DNA of 63,310 bases, the filler included, from Asterionella formosa (Eukaryota): NCBI GenBank assembly GCA_002256025.1. It is 14 parts of 14 records of this genome, joined end to end, with 100 filler letters (N's around TTAATTAATTAA, not from the genome) between each part and the next. Parts side by side here need not be neighbours in the genome. Positions count along the whole stretch, not along the records: positions 24,981 to 26,026 come from NKIB01004718.1; positions 26,127 to 27,172 come from NKIB01004719.1; positions 27,273 to 44,096 come from NKIB01004720.1; 11 more parts are not named here. The stretch is one strand, 5' to 3'. Both the position numbers and the translations under genes were made by a program. The notes below the pieces were generated by a model, which worked only from the letters and a program-made list of their open reading frames with translations, made no database searches and had not been told where the DNA came from. This document shows positions 25,419-37,180 of the stretch, in pieces; within the stretch, counting starts at the first letter, position 1, and every line of letters begins with the position of its first letter.

Positions 25419-25707
25419 TAACGGTACGCACGATCATCGTAGTAGGAATATACACTGTACGAGTACATAAAACTAGCTATTACACTCTACTACTGGTACC
25501 ACCTGGTACCTGGTACCGGTCGTTCACACAAATTAAACCCCATCCTCATTCATGTACCGGTACCAGGTACCAGGGTACCAGGTACTCGGTATTTCGGTAT
25601 GCAGCAGCGGTAAGGAGAGGAAGGTGTGACTGATGGGACACCAACAGCAGGTGAAGGAGGGAAGTATGAGAAGCGTGGAAAAATGGGTAGAATGTAGGAG
25701 ATCCTTG

Positions 25708-25840
25708 TACATTTTTGGGGAGAAATTCTCCCCTTTTTTCTGCGCTGACGTTTATTCCCCTCTAGCTTTTAACACGTATGTTTTCTGCGGCCCCGTCAGC
25801 AGCGGCTTTTTGGGGAGACTTTTCTCCCCAAAAACATGTA
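25708..25840. mobile_element. ~130-bp TA-flanked MITE-like foldback
   Basis: TACATTTTTGGGGAGAAATTCTCCCC and GGGGAGACTTTTCTCCCCAAAAACATGTA are imperfect inverted repeats. There is an inner GCTGACG/CGTCAGC pair. Confidence 0.6.
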
Positions 25841-26126
25841 GAAACAGCGTTCAATTTTGTACCATCGTAGGACTCGGATTGACAGTACATGCATGATATC
25901 TACTGCTAATAGCTGTACCGGTAGTACTAGGGGTTCCGAGGACTCAGTCAATTATGAACATCAACTGAGAACAACAACAATCAACAATATACCTATGGAA
26001 GCGACCCACTGCCACATCAAAACATCNNNNNNNNNNNNNNNNNNNNNNNNNNNNNNNNNNNNNNNNNNNNTTAATTAATTAANNNNNNNNNNNNNNNNNN
26101 NNNNNNNNNNNNNNNNNNNNNNNNNN

Positions 26127-26345
26127 TAGCCACAGCATTAGTAGAGGAAACTCCAACCGCCTAGGAAGGCGGCATAAGCTGCTTGTAGGGGGGAAACCCA
26201 CTATTGCTTGCAAACCAGGCAAGACCGTGCGAGACGGTCAGGAGTGTGGTATTCGAACCCAAGAATAACTTCTAAAAAATCGCGGAAATAAAACCAAACA
26301 AGCTCAGATCAAAGGCAACGTGCTAAACCACTAAGCCATTCCCTT
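26127..26345 (-). mobile_element. tRNA-headed SINE-like element / structured RNA (truncated by contig end)
   Basis: The minus strand has an A-box TGGCTTAGTGG (26338-26328) and a B-box-like GGTTCGAATACC (26259-26248). A run of GC-rich hairpins follows (26223-26239, 26157-26172). A complete cloverleaf cannot be built. Confidence 0.55.
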
Positions 26346-26367
26346 AAAGTTTGATTCTTATATCCTA

Positions 26368-27172
26368 CTATCGCCGGTGAGGGTTAGGGTTTGGGGTAGG
26401 GTTAATACCACTCGGGTCGGTAGGGTTAGGGGTAGGGTTAGGGTTAAGCACCCTCAGTGGTTGGGCGGTGCCATCGAGGGCGGGAGAGACCGGGAAAGGT
26501 GTACAGGCATCAGGATCAGGGAGAAGGGGGATAGTGGATGCTGTGGTTGTACCGGGCACCCTCAGTGATGGAATGGGGTGATGCAGGAGGGGAGCAATGG
26601 GTAGTTGGTTGAGCTCAGGCGGTGAGAGAATTTCAAGGAGCTGCTGGAGAGCAGCTTTGTGGGTTGCAGTGAGTGGTGCAACGGGAGACCGAGTGGTGGG
26701 ATGTAACAAGGCATAGGCAATGTCCTGCAAACTGGTTGTGATGAGGTCAGTGGATGAATTACAGGGTAAGTGGACTTTGGTTGGAAACCACGAGACAGTA
26801 TCGCAGATTCTGATTGAACGTGTGTCCCACATCCAGATGCGGTAGCAGCGATAGGAATCCACAGCAGGGCCGACATACCAACCATCGAGAGCATGCGGAG
26901 CCCATGTGGTGCGGTGTTGGGGCTTGGCATGAACAAGGACCCGACAACCGGGTGGAGCAAGGGGGACACGGTTGTAATCATAGGTTCCATTGACCTGTGC
27001 CCAAGCAGACAGTTTGGGGTTGATGCGTGAGCCACGGAGGAGGTTAAGAGTAAGTTCGGCTTGAACTAGTAGTTGGTCCCACAAGTGGAGAGGAAAGTGT
27101 TTGTCGACACTGCATAGACCGGCAATGAAATGATTTTGAAAGGTGCGAATTGCACGTTCAGCGGCATTGCGA
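26368..27172 (-). mobile_element. Ty1/copia (diatom CoDi-type) integrase C-terminal fragment
   Basis: RNAAERAIRTFQNHFIAGLCSVDKHFPLHLWDQLLVQAELTLNLLRGSRINPKLSA...PLAPPGCRVLVH...TWAPHALDGWYVGPAVDSYRCY, followed by a Pro-rich linker with LRV motifs. Confidence 0.88.
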
Positions 27173-28210
27173 NNNNNNNNNNNNNNNNNNNNNNNNNNNN
27201 NNNNNNNNNNNNNNNNTTAATTAATTAANNNNNNNNNNNNNNNNNNNNNNNNNNNNNNNNNNNNNNNNNNNNTGATTGTGGCATAAAATCTTGCTATGGT
27301 CTTGTCATGATAACAACCAAAACGGACATTTGAAACATATAGAACTTTCTTGTTTTTTTGTAGCTGAAACAAGGACTTGAAAGGCAAGTATTGGTGCCTT
27401 CTCCTTTCCCTTGCATGTAGTGAGTAGTCCAGCAGGACAGCAATTCCAAAGGAAAGGAATTCATCAATAGATCCAATGCAACTAGGGAATCCAATGGTAT
27501 GATAGTGGTCTTGAATATGTTTAATGGAATAAACTGATTCAGGAAAACTGTGACTGAAAAAGATTGAGTTTTGGAAATCAAAACCAGGAAAACTCAAGTT
27601 TCCGATGTGGCAAGAAATGGAAAGAATGCGCAACATAGCTCCCAGTCGGCAAAGTTTACAAACTTGAGGTCACCAGCACCATGCTTGCTTAATTCAAGGC
27701 CACAAGCTATTAGCCACCGAATATCAAAAGGCATTGCCATTGGACCTAACGCTGATACCGTGACCTTGTTGTGGATGCAGGGACAGTCCAGTGTTGCCAT
27801 AGAGCAATAGGTTCATTTACTTTACTTTCGTAATGGCATTATCTGATGTAATATTGATGTACCAGAGCAATGGCATTTTGTTGCTTTGTCATGAAATTTT
27901 CATCCCTCCATAATGGCAATTCACTTCTATGTACATTCTACGTCAATTTCCATGCCATTTCGGTGGCACGAATGCCACATAGCTCTGCATCCAAATGAGA
28001 ATGACAAATATGCACAAAACAGAGGTTGGCAATTGATACTAAAGAAAGTGCAAATAGAAATGATGTTTGGAATTGTCAGAGTGAATTTTTTAGCAATTTT
28101 ATCTTGTCCTACATTCTCACCTTCATGGTTGTCGATCTGGCACCTTAGCGCATATTGTAGCCTAAATTTTGTAGAGTAGTCTTGTCATTTAAAAGGGCGC
28201 TCACTCACTG

Positions 28211-30916
28211 TTATGTCGGTTTCATAGTATGTCTCATCATGGCAAGATTGACAAGTTTGCTATATAGCAAATGATTCCACCAGTCCAATGGACCTGGAAG
28301 TGCATAATGCAGACTGCAATGCAGAGTTAGGTTATAGAAAACAGCCTCACAAGTACGTGCTACATAGATGTCAATGAACATACCAATCATCATTTTTGCA
28401 ACTTGAGCAAATGGGTGCACTTGATATATGTCCATCCTTTCGCAGCACAGTCATAGGATATACATCAAGAATTTCGATCTTCGTTTTGTTCTCTTGATTC
28501 CTGGCAGTGATTGATTGGTATACTGTAGAAAGGAACACCAGGTTATTAAACCTCCCAAGGAGTCAAAAATTTTTTAAAAATTGCACTTACATTGATCATT
28601 GAATTCAGAATAGAGGTGCCAAGAATGAGAATCAGCAACAAGCTCAGATTCAAATTCAGCATGACTCTCATAAGGTTTGACGTTGGGTTCTTGGCAATTT
28701 TCATGACCAGGGACTGTCGTTCGAAGCATAACTATATCACTCTCCTTTTGGTTGAGATCCATCATACTGAAAAAAGATTGCAAAACTACTGGGAATGCAT
28801 CAACATCATGAAGGTGAGATCCAGCATTAGCAATCAAAAGAGTTCCTCCTTCGTTGTAGTCAGCGTAATTGACTATCCATGGCAGACAGTAATCAGCAAT
28901 GCCACAGTTGAAAACGTATCCATCCTTGTCAACCTTGTAGTTCATATCAGTGTTGTTGTCGATGAGATCATTGCGAGTAAATACGAAATCAATTTCATAT
29001 CCATTACAGTCAACGATGCGAGCCCAATTGTTACTCATCCATTGTCGCAATGGTTGACCTTTTGGTCTTTCTACGGGATCATCGCTGTTTCCTAGTAATT
29101 TCCATAAAGACATTGCCATTTGCAACTGCAGCGAGTCACCAACCAGGTAGATTCTAGTGAGAGCCAATTCTTTCATGACCCCACAAAATCCCTCCATAGT
29201 CATCAGATCAACAGGACACATAGTATCCACCCACTTATACATGGTTGATGGTCTGAAGGGCACCTGTATTGATGGAATGAAGTCGGGAAAGTCTTGAAAC
29301 CGTTCCAATGGTGTAAAATATTGGGCAACAACACCATATTCGGTATTGTACTCCCACTTTCCTAGCCTGCCTCTCAGAGCCTCGCATGTTTTACTACTTC
29401 CACTGGGTTGTTTGACCAAAAATGGTTGCAATTCAGCCATGTTGTGAACGGGTCTTGCCAAAACCATTTCTGCCCCAGTAACTTCAACTTGAATGTGAAA
29501 TGTTGTGATTGCCGTTCTTACTGCAAAACGAAACCAGGAGAAGAGGGCGGGAGAGTCCCCAATGAATGTCTTGTGGGAAACATCCCGCATGAATGATGGC
29601 AGTAAGCAAGCACTGGTTGGTGGACATAGAAGATATGGTGCTGTCATTATTCTAGTATATACCAATGCGGTGGATCCGAGAACTTCAAAATGTATAGTTG
29701 CTCGTGGATACATTTCACGCAAGAAGGTCACAATCATTTGACCATGCTCTACACAGATGACACACTGTTGATGGACAAGTACAATAATAGATGAAACTGA
29801 CACTGGAATTCTCTCTGCATACCAACTCAATGGCATAGACATGCTGGGATGTTCAGAAGATTCCAAGTCCAAGTATATTACTGCACCTCCGGAACTTGCT
29901 GTTGGCAGGCCAGCAGCATTTTCCATTCTTCTTGCCTCTTTCACAGCCCATTGAACATTGTGTCTAAATGAAAGAATGCGGTTGCTGACTTTTACTGGAT
30001 TGACTGGAGGATCATTGACACCCACAATCGGCAACCCTAAACACTCCAAAGTACCATCGCCCTCCAAACACACCTTGCATATATCACTCACAACTTCTAC
30101 GCCAGCACACATGCCCAAGAATATATCCTGGGGTAGGAGCTGCTGAATGGTGGCCTCGTTTATGTCTGAAGGCTCACACGTCGGTTGATATTGTAGCCTC
30201 AAAAAGCCTGCCGCTTGGGCTATCATGGTTGATGCCATTATCGTGAGCAGCGACCTGAAGCTGTCGTTGGATCTGCAAATATCAGAAGATTCTCTAACTA
30301 TGAAAATATTTAAGACTTTCTCTGGATTTTCTCTTCGTTTGATGAGTTCTTTACACAGTTGAATGTAAGATGGCAACGATGAGTCACTTGGTGCTTCTGT
30401 GACCTGAGGGTTTGTAGGTGATGCAAACTTTTGCTGAACTTCGATTTGTCCTTGCTTCAAATCAAGTGAGTCCTCTTGACTAATAGCTGACAATGAAGCT
30501 GTATCTGTTTCCTGTTGTTGTTGCTGCATGACAACGAGGTTCTCTTTTGTGCTAGGCGCGGCTTCGATATTCTCGCTTCCAAAAGCCGGTGCAATTTCCG
30601 CATTTATTTTGGGATCGAAATCTGTCTTTTCCGGGTCCACAAGTAATTCCTTCGATCCATCAACTTTTCCCTGCATGCCCAAAATCTGATCTCGTATAGA
30701 TAGTTCTTTTTGATCATCTACCTGATCAAAAGAATGCCTAAAGGCCGTGTTGCTATGAGGCGGAGGAATTGACGACTTCAATTGGACGGTCTTTGGATCC
30801 CTTAGGCTAAAGTTATAGCTAGTTAGCCGTCTACTCCGTCTGGGCTTATCTAACGAGATGAATGCAAGCAGTATGGTGCAAGCCGCAAGGAGGAAGAGGC
30901 GAAAAGGGGGAGTCAT
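28211..30916 (-). CDS. Type II membrane protein (~855 aa) with a C-terminal SGNH/PC-esterase (TBL-like O-acetyltransferase/esterase) domain; exons 30916-28591, 28522-28384, 28313-28211
   Basis: N-terminal TM anchor followed by RRL. Motifs IYLVGDSL, IANAGSH and LRTTVPGHENC are present. Two GT-AG introns (28590-28523, 68 nt; 28383-28314, 70 nt) restore ILDVYPMTVLRKDGH...DDCLHYALPGPLDWWNHLL, containing the catalytic DxxH motif. Confidence 0.88.
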
Positions 30917-31274
30917 GGTGGATGGAGCAAAATAAGGCTCAAAATAACAATAAATGCCTATAGCAGTGCAGATCATTCGATCATTGATATTTACTACCGG
31001 TACCGGTATATTTACTTTTTCATTATGGCTACAGCACAGTTATCTGCAGCTGTAGCGGTATAAAATGACCAGGTACCGGTATTTATAAATGCATGATTAA
31101 TTATACTCACGGTAAATATTCTAGCTACATAATACATAGAGAATACTTTAGTCTCTTCATGCTTGGCAGGCTTATTTGAAGCCCATTGTTGGACTATGAC
31201 GGTAACAGGTACACAGCAACAGGTATACGCCGGAGTACATACCAGGTATTGTTTATTCATCGTAGACTTTTCTG

Positions 31275-31936
31275 GCAAGTTGCGGTCATTTTGCTTAAAT
31301 AAACAATTTGATATGGGATAAAGAAAGCTAAAGTTTCAGTTTCAGCACAATTACCGAAACTTGCTTGATGTTGGGCAGCAGTATGATATCGTTGGTATGA
31401 CCGGTTGTGTTGGTACCTGATTCCATCTACCGGTTACTCCGAATATCCTACCAAGATTCCTGTAATTGTTTAATTCCTGTAAGTACTTTCCCCTTCAGAG
31501 CTGCTCAAATCCTACTTTGGAATCTCAGCTCATTGTTAATGTAGCTGCCGCTGGCATCCGTTGCAAGCTTTCTCCCTTTCTTCAACACTCAGTGGCATAA
31601 ACCAGCAAGTTGCGGTAATTGTGCTGCTACTGAATGTTTAGCTACCAGGTACCGGTACATATTATTTTTGATACTCGTTGTCACACCATGCTCAATGCAT
31701 CGTTCTTGGTTTCAAAAAAGCAGTCATTATCCATTGACCAGGTACCAGGTACCAGGTACCATTCTTGCAACTTGCAGGTACCAGTGTACCTTTGGAAGGT
31801 CCGGTACCCGATACCGGTATTTTAGCAAATATTGTCCTAAGTAAAACCAGTGTTGATCAGACCTTCCTGGTACCAGCAAGTTGCGGTCATTTTGCTTGAA
31901 CGAACATTTCAATCTGGGATTAAGAAAGCTAAGTTT
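31275..31936. mobile_element. Cluster of copies/fragments of a ~96-bp MITE (31275-31364 near full length; partial copies at ~31602-31625 and 31871-31936)
   Basis: GCAAGTTGCGGTmATTTTGCTT...GGGAT.AAGAAAGCTAA...CAGCACAATTACCGAAACTTGC. Same family as 50684-50779. Confidence 0.78.
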
Positions 31937-32374
31937 GGTTGACTCCTATGCTGGCTTGATACCACCAGGTACCTGGTACATGGTAGGAATACCAATTCAG
32001 ATGTGTATACCGGTAGGGTTATTGTTATATCATATACTGTTACATCAGAAGCAACTCAATAATGAGAGAACTCGACTACCGGTAACCCTTATTGTATACT
32101 TTGGTGTCGACTTCGAGAACATTTTTGCACACAAGGATTAAGTAATAAGCTCATATATTCAACAAATACTACTACTTCTAGTTAGCTTCTTCACCAGGTA
32201 CCAGGGTTCCAGGGGTACTGTGTAGGGTGCCTGATGGTACCGGAGTAGCTGGGACTGATTCCATAATGGCGATGTGCTGTGCTGTCTACAATGCATATCA
32301 TATTCGATCCCTTGTAACTTTCTAGCTATGGTACGCATAGTATGTGTATGTATTGTGGCCATTTTATCTTTGGT

Positions 32375-33296
32375 TTAAATATCATTGTCACTACTATCAT
32401 CGTCGTCCATATCTAAGAGAAGCGCGTCTTCCATGGACATCGGTTGTTCTTCAGTTTTTGTTTCTGCAGCTGCAGCTACTTTCTGATGCTGATCGTCCAC
32501 AGGAGGTTGCTGTGGTTTGCTTTCGATAATGACATGTTCATCCTTACTGGGAACCAATTCTTCCATCTCCACGTCAGGAAGATCTTCTGTTGTTGAAATA
32601 TTACTTTCTAGAACCTTGGAGGTAGGTTCAATGGAATCAGCCATGTTTAATAATGGCGGATTTTCCAAAATGGCAACTGATTCTGCATTGTCTTCGGATG
32701 TTATTTCCATTTCCTCTATCATTTTTGCTTCATCTTCTTGTTGTTCCTCACTAGTTTCCTTGTTGTTGGATTCCACACTATTAGTATATTTATCATAGTC
32801 TTCTTGTGCCTGCAATGCTGCATTTCGTAACAATTGATCTCGATCGCCAATTCCCAAGGCTGCAGCATTTTGTTGTGACGAAATCCCTCCGACAGAATTT
32901 GTTTTCGAAAGAAAGAATCCGGGATCTAAGCCTGCTTGTGTTCTGGCATGATGTGCTGCCAAAACATGTTGTGGAAGAAGGGGACCACCAGCATCATTGC
33001 ATGTTCGCAAGGCAGCTGTGACCAATCGTTGCGCATATGCTTTTGCCAACGTTGAGACAATTAATGTAATATCTCCTGCTTGACCAGGACAAGTTAAATC
33101 CACGAGTTTATTACTGCTCGACGCACCATTCTTTTGTCCATGGTGCTCATGATTTTGAAGCAACACATGAGCAATCCAATCACTTACGGCAGTACTAGAA
33201 AATGTGGCACGACGATATGCTTCAAAGCGAGATGTTTCTGTACGATTCAGAGTTCGTAATACCTGTGTCATGATTAGACCTTCGGCAGTTGCAGTA
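32375..33296 (-). CDS. TAF11: TFIID subunit 11 (TAFII28-like histone-fold) protein, main exon; upstream exon probably ends at ~33420
   Basis: MTQVLRTLNRTETSRFEAYRRATFSSTAVSDWI...ITLIVSTLAKAYAQRLVTAAL...GPLLPQHVLAA matches the TAF11 pattern RYE-x-YRR-x-x-F ... AK-x-F ... PL-x-P-x-H. It has an acidic tail. An acceptor TTTACAG| lies at 33297. Confidence 0.78.
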
Positions 33297-36200
33297 CTGT
33301 AAATAGTTCGTATGTATAAGAGGATGCATCTTGTGTGAGTGAGGAAACGAAAGTTTTTGTTCCCGTATGTATACTTCTATACACCTATCCAGCACTATAT
33401 ATACCGCTGTTGGACCTACCTTTCCAGCGAAGTCGACGATGTGGATTCCTTGTTCTTGCTGTCAGAGAAATCCTTGTTCTTATTGCCTTTGATCTTTTTC
33501 TTCTTTTTTCCAGGTTTTTTCGTCGCTTCTGCGGGACATTTGATATAGGGTTAATAGCATGCGATGATTGTCCCATGTTTGACAGCTATACAGCAAATAC
33601 ATGTTCTGACATGGTGACTGTTGAGAGATAAAGACAAAGGCGTACCTGCTATAAACGACTCGCTCCTGGGTCGTTTAATCGATCTATGGTCCATGTTGAC
33701 CATTTTGAGAGATGGAGTAACTGATGAGGAGTATTATTGGCTACTGCGGATTGGAATGGGTATGTTTGATGGAAAATAACAGCGGCTCGATTTTAGGATT
33801 GTTGCTAGTTGTCTTGACAACTAAAGGATGGAATAAAACGTCCTCCGTGTGATGATTTCTAGCCAAACCTGTGAGCCAAGGATGGAAATCGGAAGCGGAA
33901 TGCGGAATACCGAGGTACCACTATTGGGAAACCTGTTTATTTGATTTCCATCAGCCGCACCAACAAGGCTTGAGGACGGCTGCGTGGTTTGGAAAACAGC
34001 AACAGTTAGGTACCAGGGTACCAGATACCTAGTACCCTGGCACCGAGGAGATTCGAAGAGATTCTAATTTGTTGATGACGTCATTTTTCCTTTCGTTTGT
34101 GAATGAAAAAATTGGTACATACATACATGAGTACCGGCATGATGGTCTCTCGTTTGTTTGCACGCCCTGCTTCTTTGGAGGTTTCGTTTGGTCCCTCCTC
34201 CATACCTGGTACCCACTTGTGTACCAGTAGGTTGTTGCTTTGGCTCATGAATCATCATCAGATCAGGTAGGAGGTAGGTGTGTGTGATCATGCAAAGTTC
34301 AAATCATATAACGGTAATGGTAACCTGGTAACTACTCCCTCTGGGTGAAAACAATTGCCTCTATTCTTAAAAATTTATCTGGGGCCATTTCGACTTGTAC
34401 GATTTTCTCTGGCTCAATTGCCTAAAGGTGCGCCATCCTCAAAGCTACAGCAGATCAATAAATAGCTGTATATATTAATCATTTTTATTGCGCATTCTTA
34501 CTTTTCTATGTCTAGAGTTGCCGTCATTGCGCTCCATGGCCCATATGAGGTGGTGCAGTGGAAAGCCATTTTTTAGAATCCAGGAGTCAGTCAACTGTCA
34601 TTGTACATATATTTATACTCAAATACTATTGTATATGTTCCACATGTTTAGAATAATTTATTCGGATGCTAATAATTTAATTACAGAAACATAGTTTATG
34701 TTCATGTCTATGTAACTCATAAAAACGCATTTTTTCGAGCAATCTGATCCTCACGCAAAAAGATGGTATGTTGGCCAGCACGTAATCCTTCATATGCGAA
34801 CAGTGAAGACACTAGTGGTGCCGGCGATTTGACGCAATTGTTTCGCCCAGAGGGAGTAGTAGTAACCATTTAAAAATGGATCTGAGTTACTTAACAATAT
34901 AATATTCACAGTATATACATAGATTTTTTCTAATTTTCCAGTGATGACTTCTTAAGTATGACAAAGTTGTTCCTGATGTTGCGCCGGATACAGCATATCT
35001 AGTTGTCGATTAGGTCTTGTGCTTTAGATAATTAGACAAATGTGTTGGAAAGTAGCGATTGGCCCGAAAGTGGCAAAAACCCCAAATTTTTATACAATTG
35101 AGCCGGCATTTCCTGGAAATACACATATACATTTGTGTAGAAAACTTAATATCTAATATATATTTAGTTGTGTTTAACCGCCATGGGCCATGTATTATAG
35201 CATTAAATGAATCAATTATTCACTCTTAGTAAATGAATGCAATATATCTTCAAGGCCAAAAATTGAAACCATATTTTGATGTCTGAGACCGTAACTCACA
35301 GCAAAAATTGCTTCCGACACACCACAAAATGAAGCAAATCGCATTCATCTCATTAACAACGATGAAACCTGCAGCAAGAAAACAGCCTAAACCATCCAAA
35401 AAGTACAAGGTGATGCATAATTCTTTGGATAAGACATAAGTGTCACTTATTTTAAACAATATAGTGATGGCATTAGAAACTTGAAAGGCAAATAACAATG
35501 GCAAACTACCATANNNNNNNNNNNNNNNNNNNNNNNNNNNNNNNNNNNNNNNNNNNNNNNNNNNNNNNNNNNNNNNNNNNNNNNNNNNNNNNNNNNNNNN
35601 NNNNNNNNNNNNNNNNNNNNNNNNNNNNNNNNNNNNNNNNNNNNNNNNNNNNNNNNNNNNNNNNNNNNNNNNNNNNNNNNNNNNNNNNNNNNNNNNNNNN
35701 NNNNNNNNNNNNNNNNNNNNNNNNNNNNNNNNNNNNNNNNNNNNNNNNNNNNNNNNNNNNNNNNNNNNNNNNNNNNNNNNNNNNNNNNNNNNNNNNNNNN
35801 NNNNNNNNNNNNNNNNNNNNNNNNNNNNNNNNNNNNNNNNNNNNNNNNNNNNNNNNNNNNNNNNNNNNNNNNNNNNNNNNNNNNNNNNNNNNNNNNNNNN
35901 NNNNNNNNNNNNNNNNNNNNNNNNNNNNNNNNNNNNNNNNNNNNNNNNNNNNNNNNNNNNNNNNNNNNNNNNNNNNNNNNNNNNNNNNNNNNNNNNNNNN
36001 NNNNNNNNNNNNNNNNNNNNNNNNNNNNNNNNNNNNNNNNNNNNNNNNNNNNNNNNNNNNNNNNNNNNNNNNNNNNNNNNNNNNNNNNNNNNNNNNNNNN
36101 NNNNNNNNNNNNNNNNNNNNNNNTTCCAAGGCATCACTGAAACCCTTGTTGATCAGGTTGTACAGTATTGCAATCATGAGGAAGATAACAGCAATGGAAT

Positions 36201-36595
36201 CATAAATCTGGACGAACTTGCCTGCCAATGAAAAGTTACAGCACCAAGGGTGATTGCAAGCTAGTCTTCATGTCGCTGCAGGCAGGTACATGCAGTTGTC
36301 CTTCCAACAGCCAAAAACCATCTGCAGCAGGCTGTCTGGCTGTTGTGTTGGCTGTGGAGATGGCAGTTGACAGCACCCTCACTTCATACTATGCAGTAGT
36401 TTTTTTCTGTTGGCTGTGTAGATGCTATGTCCCGTGGTACCCGTGGTACGTACGTAAAAATCTTGGTTCATTGTTTCGCACCACTGATGACGAGCAATAC
36501 AATTCGTTCATTTTTCTGTTTCGCGATCATATACCGGCAGTCTATAATCTACCAAATCCATCGCTTTGTCCATACACCAATATAAACAAATTATA

Positions 36596-37141
36596 ATGTC
36601 AGACAAGATCGAACAAAGTGATTACAAGCATGGGACACCTCCAGATGGGTGGGAATGTCTGGCGACCATGGACGAAATTACGACAGCAGACGGCAATTAT
36701 GGTACGTCGGAGTGTGTGCGATGTTTGATTGCTCCTGTCTCTTTCTCTAACAAAAGTAATAATATAGTCGAGTACCAATCATTTCCATCACTGCAATGGC
36801 AACCTGCCAAATTTGAAGAATCGACTATTGAAGAATTATTGAATCATCAATTTCATAATTACTTGGAGAAAGTGAAAACAACCGATTGTCAAGCTGAATT
36901 GCGACGATTACTAAAGACAGGGCCACCCATTTACATTTTTGATAAACATGCCTTGCCACTCTACTCAGACGATGACACACATGTTTGTAAATTGTGGTTC
37001 CAACGAGATAATATAGAAACGAGTGCCAAATTAGATGGAGCTGTAGAAGGAGAAGAACGAGAAAAGTTGTGGGAAGAACTTAGATCTTTTATTATTTTGC
37101 AAGGAAAAGAAGAGGGCGATGACGATGATAACAAAGAGTAA
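36596..37141 (+). CDS. Small hypothetical protein (~159 aa); exons 36596-36701 and 36768-37141
   Basis: Protein-like ORF (PPDGWECLATMDEIT..GNY|VEYQSFPS...CQAELRRLLKTGPPIY). It has a 66-nt GTACGT...CTAAC...TAG in-frame intron candidate. Confidence 0.75.
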   Translation: MSDKIEQSDYKHGTPPDGWECLATMDEITTADGNYGTSECVRCLIAPVSFSNKSNNIVEYQSFPSLQWQPAKFEESTIEELLNHQFHNYLEKVKTTDCQAELRRLLKTGPPIYIFDKHALPLYSDDDTHVCKLWFQRDNIETSAKLDGAVEGEEREKLWEELRSFIILQGKEEGDDDDNKE

Positions 37142-37180
37142 TTCTTATTATATGTACTAGTGCGAACATATATACACTTT

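Noticed and set aside
26240..26345. Functional tRNA-Gln(TTG) gene
   Set aside because: A and B boxes are present, but the acceptor and anticodon stems cannot be closed. Kept only as a SINE-like element.
26379..26446. TTAGGG-like repeats suggesting a telomere or telomere healing
   Set aside because: The repeats are few, degenerate, interrupted and internal to the contig. They read in frame as the NPNPTPNP low-complexity linker of the Copia polyprotein.
18047..27228. Regularly spaced TTAATTAATTAA repeats about 1146 nt apart, resembling an array
   Set aside because: They always sit in the middle of N-runs; these are artificial six-frame-stop spacers between size-sorted contigs.
27273..28200. 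Possible decayed coding sequence (similar impressions at 4800-6300 and 43000-43620)
   Set aside because: I found no recognisable motif, and the ORFs are short and inconsistent.
35250..36228. Long ORFs of 235-295 aa
   Set aside because: They consist almost entirely of translated Ns from a scaffold gap.
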